A stretch of DNA of 64,000 nt from Octopus sinensis (GCF_006345805.1 NC_043014.1:50344001-50408000), one strand, 5' to 3'. Shown: positions 1 to 15,121, counted from the stretch's first letter. The notes: generated by a model from the letters alone, not told the origin. Numbers and translations: made by a program.

Positions 1-561
1 GTTTCCTAACTTATTTGATTTTGAGGGAGATTTAAAATATTCACAGGAAATTGTAGATATTCCAGTCTTTGGGAATACTAGAAGGAAAAGATGTTCAGCT
101 TGTTGGATTTGTGAATTTCTGAATCCTTTTTTTCTTTTTATTTTGGAATTTTTCTTCTTTTCTTTTTTTTTTTGAAAGATTTTCTGCGGTTTACAGTTTT
201 TGTAGTTGTGTAATATGTATATATTGGCAGGTGCTTACTTCCTTAATTTTTTTTTATCGTACATTTAATTGTGTTGTTTCAATAAAAGGCATGTTTACAT
301 ATTCTGTTAGTCAGAGAAGAAGGAAAGACAAAATGTTCACTCAAAATTGGAGATATTAAAATTTCTAAATTTTTGTTTTTTGATGTGTTTGTTTATGTCC
401 AAAGCTGTAGATATGTAACTTCCTTAACTTATTTTGAAAGAAATTCAAAATACTCACAGAAAACTCTAGATATTCCAGTCTTTTACAGTCATTTTTCAGT
501 TGTCCTGCTGGGTTGTATTAGTGTTTGTTATTATTATTATTGGGTTGTATTAGTGTTGTTA

Positions 562-563
<2 letters not shown>

Positions 564-621
<58 letters not shown>
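564..621. repeat. (TTA)n microsatellite
   Basis: Direct tandem TTA run; explains the poly-L and poly-I ORFs at 373-758. Confidence 0.95.
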
Positions 622-623
<2 letters not shown>

Positions 624-648
624 TATTTGTTTATTTATTTTTTGTTCT

Positions 649-790
649 GCGAGCTGGCAGAATCGTTAGTAAGCCGGAAAAGATACTTAGCGGTACTTCG
701 CTCTGAGTTCAAATTCCACCGAGGTCGACTTTGCCTTTCATCATTTCGAGGTCAATAAATTAAATACCAGTGAAAGCCTGGGGCTCTCCC
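649..790 (+). mobile_element. tRNA-derived SINE, group A (3'-truncated)
   Basis: Head GCGAGCTGGCAGAATCGTTAG (A-box-like) and GAGTTCAAATTCC (B-box-like), then GAGGTCGACTTTGCCTTTCATC shared with about 20 other copies in the window. Confidence 0.85.
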
Positions 791-1445
791 CACAAATTTC
801 AGACTTAAGGAAGAAATTATTATTTATCTATTTAGCTATTAATTTATATTTCTAGTCGCTGAGCTGCTAAAATCCTTAATGATTGAAGGGACAAAATGCC
901 TACCGGCATTTCTTCCGGCACTCTGCCTCCTGTATTCAAATTCCGCCGAAGTTAACTTTGCCTTTCACCGTTTCGTTTCGAAGACAAAAGAATATTAGCC
1001 ATTTAACATTGAGGTCGATGTAACTGTCTAACCTTGGCCCTTAAAATTGCTGTATAAAAATTTCAAGCCAAAAAGAAAGAATGCTTCACATGGTAGGATA
1101 ACTGCATCAGTTTTTTTTTCCTATCTTCAGTAAATATAGACTTAATTACATCTCGGGAAACCATGCATAAATTTCCTGAAGGTTAATAAATTCTATCTGA
1201 AAAATCTCCATCAAATTTGTATATCCTAATATTGTTATTTTCTGGAACTTCTCTATGTGTGTTGTTAAAAGTAAATATACCATGCATATGTGTGGTTTTC
1301 TTGTAGATTTTCAAATATGAAATCCATATTGCAATGTTAGATGCTTAACTTCGTCGTCTCTCATATCAGTTTTAATTCAACACATAACTTTTAATAATTA
1401 TTTAGTTATAGCGTCTTCTGCAGTAGGTTCAGGCCGACCCAAATC

Positions 1446-1557
1446 GTATATATATATATATATATATATAAATGCGTATAATTGTATGTATACATACATA
1501 TATATATATTATATATATATATATATTATATAATAATAAATGCGTATACATACATAC

Positions 1558-1613
<56 letters not shown>

Positions 1614-1639
1614 TATATATAATGCGTATACATACATAC

Positions 1640-1675
<36 letters not shown>

Positions 1676-1980
1676 GTGTGTGTGCGTGTATGTATGTGTC
1701 TGTCTGTGTATGCATGTGTTTATATGTGATTATGTGTGTTTGTGTGTGTGTGCATATGTGTTTGGTTTGTGTCTATCTGAGTGTGTGTGTGTGTGTGTGC
1801 GTGTGTATGCATGTTTTTATATGCGTTTTGTATGTTTGTGTGCGTTTGTGTGCGTGTTTCTGTCTGTGTATCTGTGTGTGTTTGGTTTGTGTCTATCTGT
1901 GTTAGTGTGTGTGTGTGTGTGTGATGTGTGTTTATGTGTGTCTGTGTGTCTATATCTGTGTCTGTGTGTCTATATCTGTG
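1446..1980. repeat. Compound (TA)n/(TG)n microsatellite
   Basis: Direct; the anchor AATGCGTATA recurs at about 1471, 1539 and 1621. Confidence 0.95.
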
Positions 1981-1984
1981 CGTG

Positions 1985-2170
1985 TCCCCTACCACCGCTT
2001 GACAACCCGCGTAGGAGTGCACACGTCTTCGCAAACTAGCAGTTCGGCAAATTCACTGATAGAATAAGCGCCAAGCTTAAACTAATAGAAACCAATAGGG
2101 TCGACTGAAATTCTTCAGCGCAGTGCACCAGCATGGCCGCAATCTAAATGACTAAAACAAGTAAAGGATA
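1985..2170 (+). mobile_element. SINE group B, diverged 3' half
   Basis: CGCTTGACAAC...GGTTCGGCAAA-like...GATAGAATAAG...CAGCATGGCCGCA...AAATGACT.AAACAAGTAAA matches the 3' half of the group B copies. Confidence 0.7.
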
Positions 2171-2887
2171 ATCAAAGACGGTATTTGTACAACAAATGAA
2201 TGTTTTTAAGAATTAACGTGTCTCTTTCACTTCAATTTTTTAATTGCAATTAATGGTGCAACGTGCCTGTCTCTTGCAAACTATGTCACCTAACTAATCA
2301 ATCTCTGGGTTATGTGAATGGTAGGTCCATAACAAGGTGAGATTACTCAAGGACACCGACAGCATGGAAACCAAATGGTTAATTTAGTGACGACATAATT
2401 TATGTAGCGAACCAGAGAATCTTCATTATTTAAAATAACATCTATTATGAGGATAACATGCCATTAAGCTAATGAATATTTCTGGGCGAGGAAGGCAATA
2501 TGAAAACAACTTCGTAATTAAATAAAGCAGTGTGACAAAATTTCAGTCTTGGCAAACCTCACTTAACAAATGCATAACGGTTGTTAATTAGCCTTAATTG
2601 AGACGATTGATGTAAACATTTTCTGTGAAACAAAACTGTGTGATGTGGCGCATTAAAAGAATGGCACGGCAACTTTAACCTTTCTGAGTTTCTCGATACC
2701 ATTAAAATATACCTTTGGTGTATTTGTTAACCACCAGAGCTATTTACACGGCTTTCGTGTTTTGTCATTTTCATATCGTTGCTATGACCAATATAGTCAT
2801 CGGTGAAATTATTACTAATAGTGTAACTACTACTATCATTAACTAATCTATTAGTAATAATACTATTACTATTACTGCTATAAAAGA

Positions 2888-3029
2888 AAAGATCATAAAT
2901 TTTGTAATATCATATGTTAATAGATAATAATGATAATAAATATCTTTAGAAAATTGAGAAATATCGGAACCTCACCGGAGATGAAGCGATTGCGGAAGAC
3001 GAAGAGGACAATTATTTCTGTGGTAATTG
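2888..3029 (+). mobile_element. Short R4/Dong-like LINE fragment; inverted copy of 4730-4871
   Basis: 133/142 identical to the reverse complement of 4730-4871 by manual alignment; reads KIEKYRNL, like the EKxxKYxDL motif of restriction-like endonucleases. Confidence 0.7.
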
Positions 3030-3158
3030 TACTGTTACTATTAACACCTCTCCCATCATTTGCATTTGTCAGATTATTGGCAAATACAATTACAGCGTTG
3101 CCATCGAGTAAACCTCTCTCTACTGTTTTTGCTGTTGTTATATAGTGCGAGGTCTTCT

Positions 3159-3569
3159 TATTTCTTTATTACCTACAAGGGGCTAAACACAGAGGGGACA
3201 AACAAGGACAGACAAACGGATTAAGTCGATTATATCGACCCCAGTGCGTAACTGGTACTTATTTAATCGACCCCGAAAGGATGAAAGGCAAAGTCGACCC
3301 CGGCGGTAGTTGAACTCCGACCGTAACGGTCGGACGAAATTCCTGTTTCTTTACTACCCACAAGGGGCTAAACACAGAGGGGACAAACAAGGACAGACAT
3401 AGGTATTAAGTCGATTACATCAACCCCAGTGCGTAACTGGTACTTATTCAATCGACCCCGAAAATATGAAAGGCAAAGTTGACCTCGGCGGGATTTGAAC
3501 GCCGAACGTAACGGCAGACGAAATACCGCTAAGCATTTCAACCGGCGTGATAACGATTCTGCCAGCTCG
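3159..3569 (-). mobile_element. SINE group A, head-to-tail dimer
   Basis: Two consecutive copies; the second lacks the first ~45 nt of the head; junction at 3333-3360. Confidence 0.9.
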
Positions 3570-4729
3570 GTTTTCTATTATTGAAGGTCTTCTTATTATT
3601 GAAACTATTTCAGCCAAGATCTTTCCATAATTTTCCAGATATTCAGTACAACGGGGTGAATAATATAATACTTTTTTTGAAACATGGTCGGGTGTGATTT
3701 AATGAAGATTTGACTGTTATTTCTAACAAGTCTAAAGACCACGTAAAAACCTACCTCGTTCTTATGTTGTTACGTGCTATATATATATATATGTATTGTT
3801 ATCATCCACCTTTCTCTATATATGATTGATCTTCTTTGTTCCGAATGGATCGAATCTGGTTATGTATTTTTCTAGTATCGATGCATCGATTACCTTGTAT
3901 AAGGCTGTAGCTTTTATGACGTGTTTGAAGTAGCATCAAGCATCGTTCAAAGTCATTCCTTGTATGTTCTACCTTTCATTGTTGATGGATAAAGATTGTC
4001 GCATGGTTCTTCAGTTCTCTGTCGTGTGTCTACATGTCAATTCACGATGCATTGCTAAATGCAATACTGATGTTGACTCCATGTTTCCTAGTAAAAAAAA
4101 AAACAAAGAACGTTCTATAACTCATAGAAGAGCATTATTTTGAGGAAGGACCTACATAAGCGCAGACCGGCAGTTGTGGTTGGAAGATCGATTCCAAATC
4201 ACGGGGTTCCGGATGTCACTTCGTGACGTCCTCGGCAAGTTATTTCACTGTAGCTTCGAGATGGGGGTCGTTCAAATTTTTGTGAGTTGATGTGGTAGGG
4301 ACTGAAATCTAGATATGAAGCTTGTCGTATACATACGTATAGAGTTGGCGACACATCTCAAATCTCATCAGTCAGGTTAATTTGACTGGTGACAGTCAAG
4401 GCTGATCTGAAACGCAACCTAGTCCCTCATGTCTACGGCGTTCGCCGCTGGAATAGGGAGTGGTGGGAAATCACGCTGTCGTTAGCCTTGAATCGTCAGG
4501 TTTAATCGGGGCGTTTGTGAGAGATGTAGCATTGAGGATGAATAAAGCCAGCTCAACCCACCCCGGGTGAATGCTGTCTCAAGAAGATCCTCAAATCTGA
4601 TGAGCGTTTCAAGATTCCAGCAGAAAAGAAGATAACACTTTTTCTGTTGGTCAACAATCATCTATGTCTCACTTGCAGAATGCTGCTTCAGCTATTTAAG
4701 CAGCAGGTTGGGTGCTGAGCCAGCATCAC

Positions 4730-5500
4730 CAATTACCACAGAAATAATTCTCCTCTTCATCTTCCGCAATCTTTTCATCTCTGGTGAGGTCCCGATATTT
4801 CTCAATTTTCTAAAGATATTTGGTATCATTATTATCTATCAACATATGATATTACAAAATTTATGATCTTTACAATTTTCATTTCTTTTTTGGCTTCTAC
4901 AATCATATCTAGTCTCCTTGCTTCCATCTTTACGGAGAAATACCGTAAATCCTACAATAATTATTCTCTGGATCAATCTCTGGCCTGGGTCCATTTTGGT
5001 TTGTATCATTTAAAATGCATGCAGTCGTGTAACATCTCTATTCACTCTGTCACCTATACATTCATGCCCATGCTTATACTATATTTTCCTTCATGCATTC
5101 ACTCAAGAATTGGTTTATATTTTTGTCTCCAGTTCAACAGTTTCTGCTTTTACCGACAGAGTTCTGCCAATTTTTGCATATAACAAGTACATTCTAACAA
5201 CTTGTTCTTAAGCGGTAATAATTGGCATTTCAGTTCTCCGTTTCGGGTTTTCATATGTCAACCACAACCCATGTATATTACATGCAGCATCCCCGGTTTG
5301 TTGCATAAAATGGCTGTGTAATTCCTTCTCCTCCCAATTATTCATCCTGTCTTTCTCACTTCTTTTCTCTTTCAGTGACATTTTGGATATTTTTGGCTAC
5401 CGATAACATTGCTTCTTCACAATGCATAGGTTTCAAAGACAGAATTATAGTACAAATGGTGTATTCTGCGTGTAACGAACCTCTGCCTCCTTCCCTCTTG
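4730..5500 (-). mobile_element. Decayed non-LTR retrotransposon with restriction-like endonuclease (R4/Dong-like), C-terminal region
   Basis: Minus-strand translation has remnants (KPETE, CRFCK, KIEKYRDL) interrupted by many stops and frameshifts. Confidence 0.55.
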
Positions 5501-5550
5501 CAAAATAGACATCGATACTACTTTCACATTGTTAAGAGACAAAAGAGACA

Positions 5551-5791
5551 GACGAAATACCTATTTCTTTACTACCCACAAGGGGCCAAACACAGAGGGG
5601 ACAAACAAGGACAGACAAAGGGATTAAGTCGATTACATCGATCCCAATGCGTAACTGGTACTTAATTTATCGACCCCGAAAGGATGAAAGGCAAAGTCGG
5701 CCTCGGCGGAATTTGAACTCAGAACGTAACGGCAGACGAAATACGGCTACCATTTCACCCGGCGTGCTAATGTTTCTGCCAACTCGCCGCC
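5551..5791 (-). mobile_element. SINE group A, full length, plus a stub of a second unit
   Basis: Full head to tail; ends in the same junction as the dimers at 3333 and 58413. Confidence 0.9.
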
Positions 5792-5873
5792 TTTAATACA
5801 AAAGAATCTACTGGTATTTCATTTTTGGATTTGGTTTGCAAGATTCTTTATGTGAGTTCGTGTGTTGAAGCAT

Positions 5874-6078
5874 ATTCTGCTGTGTCCGGGGAGAATCATT
5901 TTCTTTTAGTGCCTTATAATTTAAAATACACTTGAGAGTGAAGACTTATTGAAAAGGTTGCAAGACGCAACGAAAATTTTAGGAAAATAAAAATAAGAAA
6001 TAAGTGGAAATTTTACCGGTGAGTGTGTTAAATTATAAGGCACAAAAAGAAAATGACTCTCCCCAGACACAACAGAAT
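5874..6078. repeat. 51-bp inverted repeat pair in an unclassified interspersed repeat
   Basis: 5874-5924 versus the reverse complement of 6028-6078: 4 mismatches in 51. Confidence 0.8.
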
Positions 6079-7638
6079 CCATTGGTAACACTGTCATTAA
6101 ATACTGAGTACCAAAAAAAGTACATAATTGATTAATAAAATAAGAGAATCACTTGAATGAGAACCCTGATCTAGGTGATAAACGCACCATGCCCCAGCAA
6201 ATTTTCCTAAGCACTACGGGTGAGGCGTTTACCCCATTTTGGTAATCACTTATCTACAATGTATATTCATGCAAGCACAAACACTTACATACCTATTTCA
6301 TACATATTCTGTAGACAAATATCTTTGGATAAGTATTTGCTTTAGAGTTCCTATGAATGCATGGATATGCGATGTTTCTCTTCAAAAACTGCATGTTTTC
6401 AGTAAGACATGTATGTATGCGTTCCAGAGGAATACATGGATAGATGTTCATATATTCCTGCACAGTTAATTATTTTCATGTCTTTGCATTTATGGAGCTA
6501 CGTACATATTCATGCATAGGTATGTATGATCGCATAAAAACACATTTGTAAGAATATGTGTATATGTGTGTATAGGTATATGCATACGTATTCATAAATG
6601 TGTGCGTAATGTGTACGTGAGTATGTGTGTGTGCGTGTGTGTGTGCGTGTGCGTGTGCGTGTGTGTGTGTGTGTTTGTGTGTCTGTGTGTGTGTCATATG
6701 CTTTGAACAGGCATAAGAAACGGAAATTCGAAATATATATGCATGACTGCCATGTCCGCGGTGAAATGTATTTGAAAAATCTCAAAATTTCTACAATTTA
6801 TTTATTTATTGATAAATATACTTATTCATGTATATGTTTATCGATAACTTTTTATATATATATTTATATATATATATACATATGTGTGTGTATGTGTGTA
6901 TATTTATGTACATGTGTGTGTATATAAATATATATATATATACATATATATATATACATGTGTGTATATATATATATATATATTATATATATGTAAGCAT
7001 GTATGTATTGTAAAGTTCTTTTGCCAGTGTCACATGGGCGTTCTATAAAGAACTGTTATAATATTTTAACCCCAGGTAAACGTCCCTCCCAGCTCGTTAA
7101 CGACACAGAACTTGTCCCCCGTATATTGAGAGTAAAGGAGTTAATTACATCTCCTCAAGCTTGTCAACACACTAGTAGACCATGGTTTCTGGGTCTTTAC
7201 CCTTCATCATCTATGGATGTGCTAGAGATGGCAGTCAATCGTCCTTACTCACAATATATAATAGAGAAGGAGCAGATAGAATCTGATCTCGTAGCGAGGA
7301 AGGTACTAATTCTAAAATTTATAATTCAGATATAAGGCGCGACAATACAAGATGGTTCTGTGTTGTTACCTGCTGAAAAAGAACGTTTCCTTGGGGGTTA
7401 GAATGTAGCAACCTAGTTCTCTATATAACAGTTATGTTATAGTGGCAAAAAAAAAACGATACCATTTCATATTGTTATTACTTATATGTCATTTAGAGAT
7501 TTTAGAAGTAGCTACTTGCTCGTTATATATATATATATACATATATATATATTATATATATTATATGATAAATAATATATATATATTTATATACATATAT
7601 TTATATACACATCCAGATATATATATGTATAGTATATA

Positions 7639-7674
<36 letters not shown>

Positions 7675-7991
7675 TGTGTGTATGTATGGATAGATGCATG
7701 GATGTGTGCATGTATGAGTTGTTTCCATGTGTAAGTTTAAGTAATTCAAAAAATGTTTTCACATGTCATTCCAAGCTGTCTTCGATATATATACAATTGA
7801 AGCACAAATAATAGGAGCAGCAGCAGTAATGGAAACAACAACAACAACAACAACAGCAGCAGCAGCAGTAGCAGCAACAATGTTTCCATCTCTTGCGATA
7901 TGACGTATTAAAAGCTTTAAGTTAAATAAAGTGTTGCATAATTGACTAAGTGTACATAAATGTTTATAACATAATAATCATAATATTGATG

Positions 7992-9430
<1,439 letters not shown>

Positions 9431-9519
9431 ATTAATAATATATATACAATAAATGTAATTATAATATGGATCACGATAAGAGTAATAATAAGTTTCTTCA
9501 TTAGGAAATTTGAGAGCAT

Positions 9520-10289
9520 TTTTAAGCGTTGGAAATAGGATTTCTAAAAATATATTCATAAAAGTTGGGAAAAAAATGAATTGAAGAAACGAAAAGATTT
9601 CGAGGGAGACGTCGAGGGGAGGAAGTAACAAAAACATTTGGAGATAGGAGAATATATAAAGGGTGAAAGAAAGACAGGATGCCGTAATGTGGAAACTGAA
9701 ATATAAAGATTGGTGGAAGCAGAGGAAGGAGAGGAAGGCGCTGAAGATAAAAACTGAAAGGAAGGATGAAGAAAGAACAAAGGAAGATAAGGTGTAATGA
9801 AAATGGTGGAAAGATGGTCAGAATGAAGAAATGGAGATGGAAGTTGCAAAGAAGGGTGTAGATTCGTGGGAAAGATGTTAGAGGAAGAGCTAGAGAAAGG
9901 AGTGGTTGGCAAGGGTGGGGGTAGAAGAGTGAAGGTGTGAGGATGATGTAGGGGAGAAATATCATGAATGAGAAAGCGAAAGGAAGTGAGGACGAAAGAA
10001 AAATATGAAGGGGTTGAAAGAAAAGAAGGGATATGTTTTGGTAGGAAAGAAGGAGTGGAGAGTGAGGAAAGAGAAGAGAGAGGTAGAAGAATGAATGAGG
10101 GATAAAAGGAGAAAAAGAAAGAGGAGAGAGGAAGAAAGTAAAGGAAAAGTAACAACAAACCAATAACAATGGGTGGTGGTGGGAGGAAAGGAAACTAGAA
10201 CCGAAGATGGATATATCATATTAATATACGTAGTGCAGGGTTGTGGCAGTTAATGGGTATTTGTGATGAAGGGTCGGGATGAGGGAGTA

Positions 10290-10346
<57 letters not shown>

Positions 10347-10360
10347 TAGTAGTGGTGGTG

Positions 10361-10407
<47 letters not shown>

Positions 10408-10990
10408 GGTGGTGGTAGTAGTAGTTGTAGTAGTAGTAGTAGAAGATGAAGAAGATGAAGAAAAAGAATAAGATAAGGAAAAAGAATAAAAAGATGAAGT
10501 AGAAGAAGAAAAGGAATAATAATAAGAAGAAAAAGGAGATGATCGGGCTGATGATGGTGACGACGACGACGACGACGACGACGAAGAAGAAGAAGAAGAA
10601 GAAGAAGAAGAAGAAGAAGAAGAAAAGAAAAAGGTCATGATGATGATGTTGATGATGATAATGATCATGATCAATATGTGGATGATGATATGACGACGAT
10701 GATGATAATGAAGAAGAAGAAGAGGAGGAAGAAGAACAAAAGAAAAAGATGATGATGATGATCATCATCATCATTATGTGGATGGTGATGAGGATGATGA
10801 TGATGATGAAGAAGAAGAAGAAGAAGAAGAAGACGAAGAAGAAGAAGAAGAAGAAGAAGAAGAAGAAGCAGAAGAAGAAGAAGAAGAAGAAGAAGAAGAA
10901 GAAGAAGAAGAAGAAGAAGAAGGAGAAGAAGAAGATGAAGTAGAAGAAGAAAACTAAGAAGAAATGTGAGAAAATGAAGATGAAATAAAG
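9520..10990. repeat. Purine-rich low-complexity tract grading into (GTA)n/(GTG)n/(GAC)n/(GAA)n/(GAT)n arrays
   Basis: Direct; source of the F/S/L/T-rich minus-strand ORFs. Confidence 0.9.
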
Positions 10991-11643
10991 ATGAGAAGGC
11001 AAGAAAGAGGTGTGGTGGGAAAAGACAGATACGTGCGCAGATGATCCTGTAACGAAAGTGCTTTCCGATTTATTACGTAACATCTGCATCATTCTGTAAA
11101 TGTCATAGAGACACGCCTAATCTCTGGATATTTCCTTATTCATGATACTCATTTCGCTAAAGAAATAATCTTTCTGCTCCGTAGATCACTGCTGTATTGT
11201 AAATATGTACTGCATAAACAAGCAGTTTTTCAACAAGCTGCTCTCAGTGACCTTTTTCCGATAGCTGCATGACAAGCGTGAACAACGAACAAATTTTCGG
11301 TGGCAGCGTGCCCCCAGGCAAAAAAAACAAGATAGCACAAAAGACAGCTATAGATTTTTCTGGTTCGTATTGGCTAACCTACTCAAAATTTCCTTCGCTA
11401 ATCAAGTTATCGTTATAGGAATCATAGGTTCAGACCTATCCACGTATGACGTCACACTGATTCGACCTGAGAATTTTGCGTTAAAGCAACACGTGTCTGT
11501 GGAATAAGAAGCGCTGACACTTTACATTTACGCCATTCATACAAATAAATTCCTCATCATTTGCGGTAACATGAGATCCACAATCCTTCTATTCGAAATG
11601 TTCCGGCATCCATTGACTGGAAAAATACATCCACACATATTGG

Positions 11644-12028
11644 TGGAAGCACTCCGTCGGTTACGAGGACGAGGGTTCCGGTTGATCCGAATCAACGGAA
11701 CAGCCTGCTCGTGAAATTAACGTGTAAGTGGCTGAGCACTCCACAGACACGTGTGCCCTTAACGTAGCTCTCGGGGATATTCAGCGTGACACAGAGAGTG
11801 ACAAGGCCGGCCCTTTGAAATACAGGTACAACAGAAACAGGAAGTAAGAGTGAGAGAAAGTTGTGGTGAAAGAGTACAGCAGGGATCACCACCATCCTCT
11901 GCCGGAGCCTCGTGGAGCTGTAGGCGTTTTCGCTCAATAAACACTCACAACGCCCGGTCTGAGAATCGAAACCGCGATCCTCCGACCGCGAGTCCGATGC
12001 CCTAACCACTGGGCCATTGCGCCTCCAC
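11644..12028 (-). mobile_element. tRNA-derived SINE group C (head 1 + body 1 + tail X)
   Basis: Minus strand starts GTGGAGGCGCAATGGCCCAGTGGTTAGGG...GGTTTCGATTC (tRNA-like A and B boxes) and ends ...CGACGGAGTGCTTCCA. Confidence 0.9.
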
Positions 12029-12090
12029 ATATTATATATACGTACACGTACATAAATCTTGTCCCATTAGACGCTCTTTGGAATATACCA

Positions 12091-12320
12091 ATTTCTTTAC
12101 TACCCACAAGGGGCCAAACACAGAGAGGACAAACAAGGACAGACAAACGGATTAAGTCGATACCATCGACCCCAGTGCGTAACTGGTACTTAATTTATCG
12201 ACTCCGAAAGGATGAAAGGCGAGGTCGACCTCGGCGGAATTTGAACTCAGAACTTAACGGCAGATGAAATACGGCTACGCTTTTCGCCCGACGCGCTAAA
12301 GTTTCTGCCAGCTCGCCGCC
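12091..12320 (-). mobile_element. SINE group A, full length
   Basis: Matches the group A consensus along its whole length. Confidence 0.9.
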
Positions 12321-12369
12321 TATATCCCTTTGAACTATACCGGATTCATCTCTTTCCATTTCTCCATGT

Positions 12370-12422
<53 letters not shown>

Positions 12423-12519
12423 TATACATATATGTGTGTATGTGTGTGTGTGTGAATGTGTATATGCGCGCGTGCGTGTTTGTATATATAATCACATATA
12501 TATAATTTATATATGTATA

Positions 12520-12916
12520 TACTCTTTTACTCTTTTACTTGTTTCAGTCATTTGACTGCGGCCATGCTGGACACCGCCTTTAGTCGAGCAAATCGAACCC
12601 GGAACTTATTCTTTGTAAGCCCAGGACTTATTCTATCGGTCTCTTTTGCCGAACCGCTAAGTGACAGGGACGTAAACATGCCAGCATCGGTTGTCAAGCA
12701 ATGCTAGTGGGACAAACACGCACACATACATATATATATATACATATATACGACAGGCTTCTTTCAGTTTCCGTCTACCAAATCCACTCACAAGGCATTG
12801 GTCGGCCCGGGGCTATAGCAGAAGACACTTGCCCAAGATGCCACGCAGTGGGACTGAACCCGGAACAATGTGGTTGGTAAGCAAGCTACTTACCACACAG
12901 CCACTCCTGCGCCTAT
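12520..12916 (-). mobile_element. SINE group B (tRNA head, CORE-like segment, internal microsatellite)
   Basis: Head GGCGCAGGAGTGGCTGTGTGGTAAG...GGGTTCAGTCCC; CTTGGGCAAGTG resembles the CORE-SINE (MIR) core; internal (TA)(TG) tract. Confidence 0.9.
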
Positions 12917-13166
12917 AGAAATATATCTATATTTATATATGTACATATATATATATATATATATTTATAAAGAATTGCTCATAACTCTCAAAGACATGAT
13001 AGAATAAACAGGCCAAGACCAAGGAGAAGAAGAGACACGATCAACAGATAGTAATTGAAGAGGACACACAATGTGTGACGAAGCATCTCTGCCATAGAAA
13101 CTAATGATCATATATATATATATATATTATATATATTATATATATATTATATATATATATATATAT

Positions 13167-13208
<42 letters not shown>

Positions 13209-13437
13209 GAAAAGATCACTAGATACATTGATCGTGTAAAAGACATTTTAACCGTACATTGTTACATTGTGATGTCGATATTTAAGTAAGACGAAATCCT
13301 TCATTCTCCTGTCTGCAGTATAGGTACTGGCTTGTCATATTTGATTGGAATTTATTGGTCTGTAATTGCAATTCCACCCTGGTACAACAAACGCTCGACG
13401 AACATTATTCTCGCATTCGCAATGTTACCCTTTGCAG

Positions 13438-13584
13438 CTATCATCTAGTAATGACACTGTACTAGGCAACGGATTACGTCTACGACTTCGCCAAACACGA
13501 CGCAGATATGTACACGAGAGACGCATTTATGACGCAAGCAGTCTACCTTTTGTTGCAACAAGAAGAAATATTGCCGCAGAATAA
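13438..13584 (+). CDS. Possible terminal coding exon (LSSSNDTVLGNGLRLRLRQTRRRYVHERRIYDASSLPFVATRRNIAAE*), unidentified
   Basis: Acceptor TTACCCTTTGCAG at 13425-13437, then 48 open codons in complex non-repeat sequence. No family recognised and other frames are also open. Confidence 0.2.
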   Translation, partial: LSSSNDTVLGNGLRLRLRQTRRRYVHERRIYDASSLPFVATRRNIAAE

Positions 13585-13929
13585 AGAAGAAGGAAAAGAA
13601 AGAAATATATCCCCAAAGCCTTCCTCATTTCCGTCTTTATACATTTCGAACGCAATACATACTAAAGTTCCTTTAACTCTTAATTCTTCTAATTTTTAGA
13701 CAAGCAAAACAAATGTCCTTCTCAAAGGAAGAGAAATCTCTCGTTTTGTTCGACACCGAAGTTCGTCTTTTGTTTTCCCGGCGAAGACGAAGAAAGAAAT
13801 GAAAACATCAAAGACACAATTACAAGTGGAGATAAATATATATTTGCTAGAAATAACTACACTGCGTCAATAGAAGTGATCAGCGGGTGGGGGGCGTTAT
13901 ATAAAACCACAATAAGGAGAATAATAGCA

Positions 13930-14053
13930 ATAAGTACAACAACAAAAATAATAATAACAAAATGATGATGACGACAATATTATTATTAATAATAACAATA
14001 CCAATAATAATAATGATAATAATAATAATAATGAAAATAATAATGATAATAAC

Positions 14054-14127
<74 letters not shown>

Positions 14128-14271
14128 TAATGATAATAACAAAAATAAAAATAAAAATAATGATAATGATGATGATGATAATAATAATAATAATAACAAT
14201 AATAATAATGATAATGATACTAATAGTAATAGTCGTAGTAGTAGTAGTTGTAATAGTAGCAGTAGTAGTAA

Positions 14272-14331
<60 letters not shown>

Positions 14332-14730
14332 AAGTAATGAAAATGTTGATGATGACAATAATAATAATAATAAGAAGAAGAAGAAGAAGAAGAAAAAGAA
14401 GAAGGAGGTGGAGGAGGAGGAGGAGATGAAGAATAACAATAACAACAACAATTTTGTTTGCGATGTGGAGGTTGAGGAGGTGAATGAGGATAATGGTGGT
14501 TGTACTGTTGGTGGTGGTGGTGGTGGCGTTGATGGTGCTTGAGTGTAGGAGTGTTTGCAGTTGTGGTGATGGTGGTCATGGTGCTGGTTATGGTTATGAC
14601 GCTGACGCTGATGATGACGCTGATGATGATGTTCTTAATAGCGGCACTAATGTTGAGGAAGTATGAAGAACGCTGGCAGGATATAGCTGAAGAGAAACAG
14701 AACTAGAAATAAACAAGCAAACAAACAAAC

Positions 14731-14795
<65 letters not shown>

Positions 14796-14872
14796 CGGTG
14801 AAATAATCTAGGATAGAGCCTCATAGTGGCGGTGATAGTATCAATTACGATAACATTTACCAATAACAAAAG

Positions 14873-14955
<83 letters not shown>

Positions 14956-15046
14956 ATAATATTGAAAATAATGATGATGATTAAGAAGATGAGAGTGAAG
15001 AGTATGGTGACATTGAGATGTGTCTGATAATAAAAAAAATAATAAA

Positions 15047-15107
<61 letters not shown>

Positions 15108-15121
15108 AAGAAGGTGAAGAA

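Noticed and set aside
4427-4460. GTCTACGGC, identical to the start of 5S rRNA
   Set aside because: Similarity stops after 9 nt; no internal 5S boxes.
4597-4630. CTGATGA...GAAA near 4597 and CTGAAGA...GAAA at ~63130
   Set aside because: No credible helix II or helix I pairing.
11447-11454. Perfect CRE palindrome TGACGTCA (also 57851-57858)
   Set aside because: About one 8-mer match is expected by chance in 64 kb; no independent promoter evidence.
11960-12028. tRNA-like sequences at SINE heads (also 27159, 35520, 36140, 37924, 62038)
   Set aside because: A and B boxes are present but the acceptor and anticodon stems are imperfect, and each continues into a SINE body; they are not tRNA genes.
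13074-13105. GTGACGA-A-GCA(TCTC)TGC-CATA-GAAAC in a TA-bounded cassette
   Set aside because: C3 is missing, four extra bases precede GAAA and there is no helix I; at best an unprovable relic.
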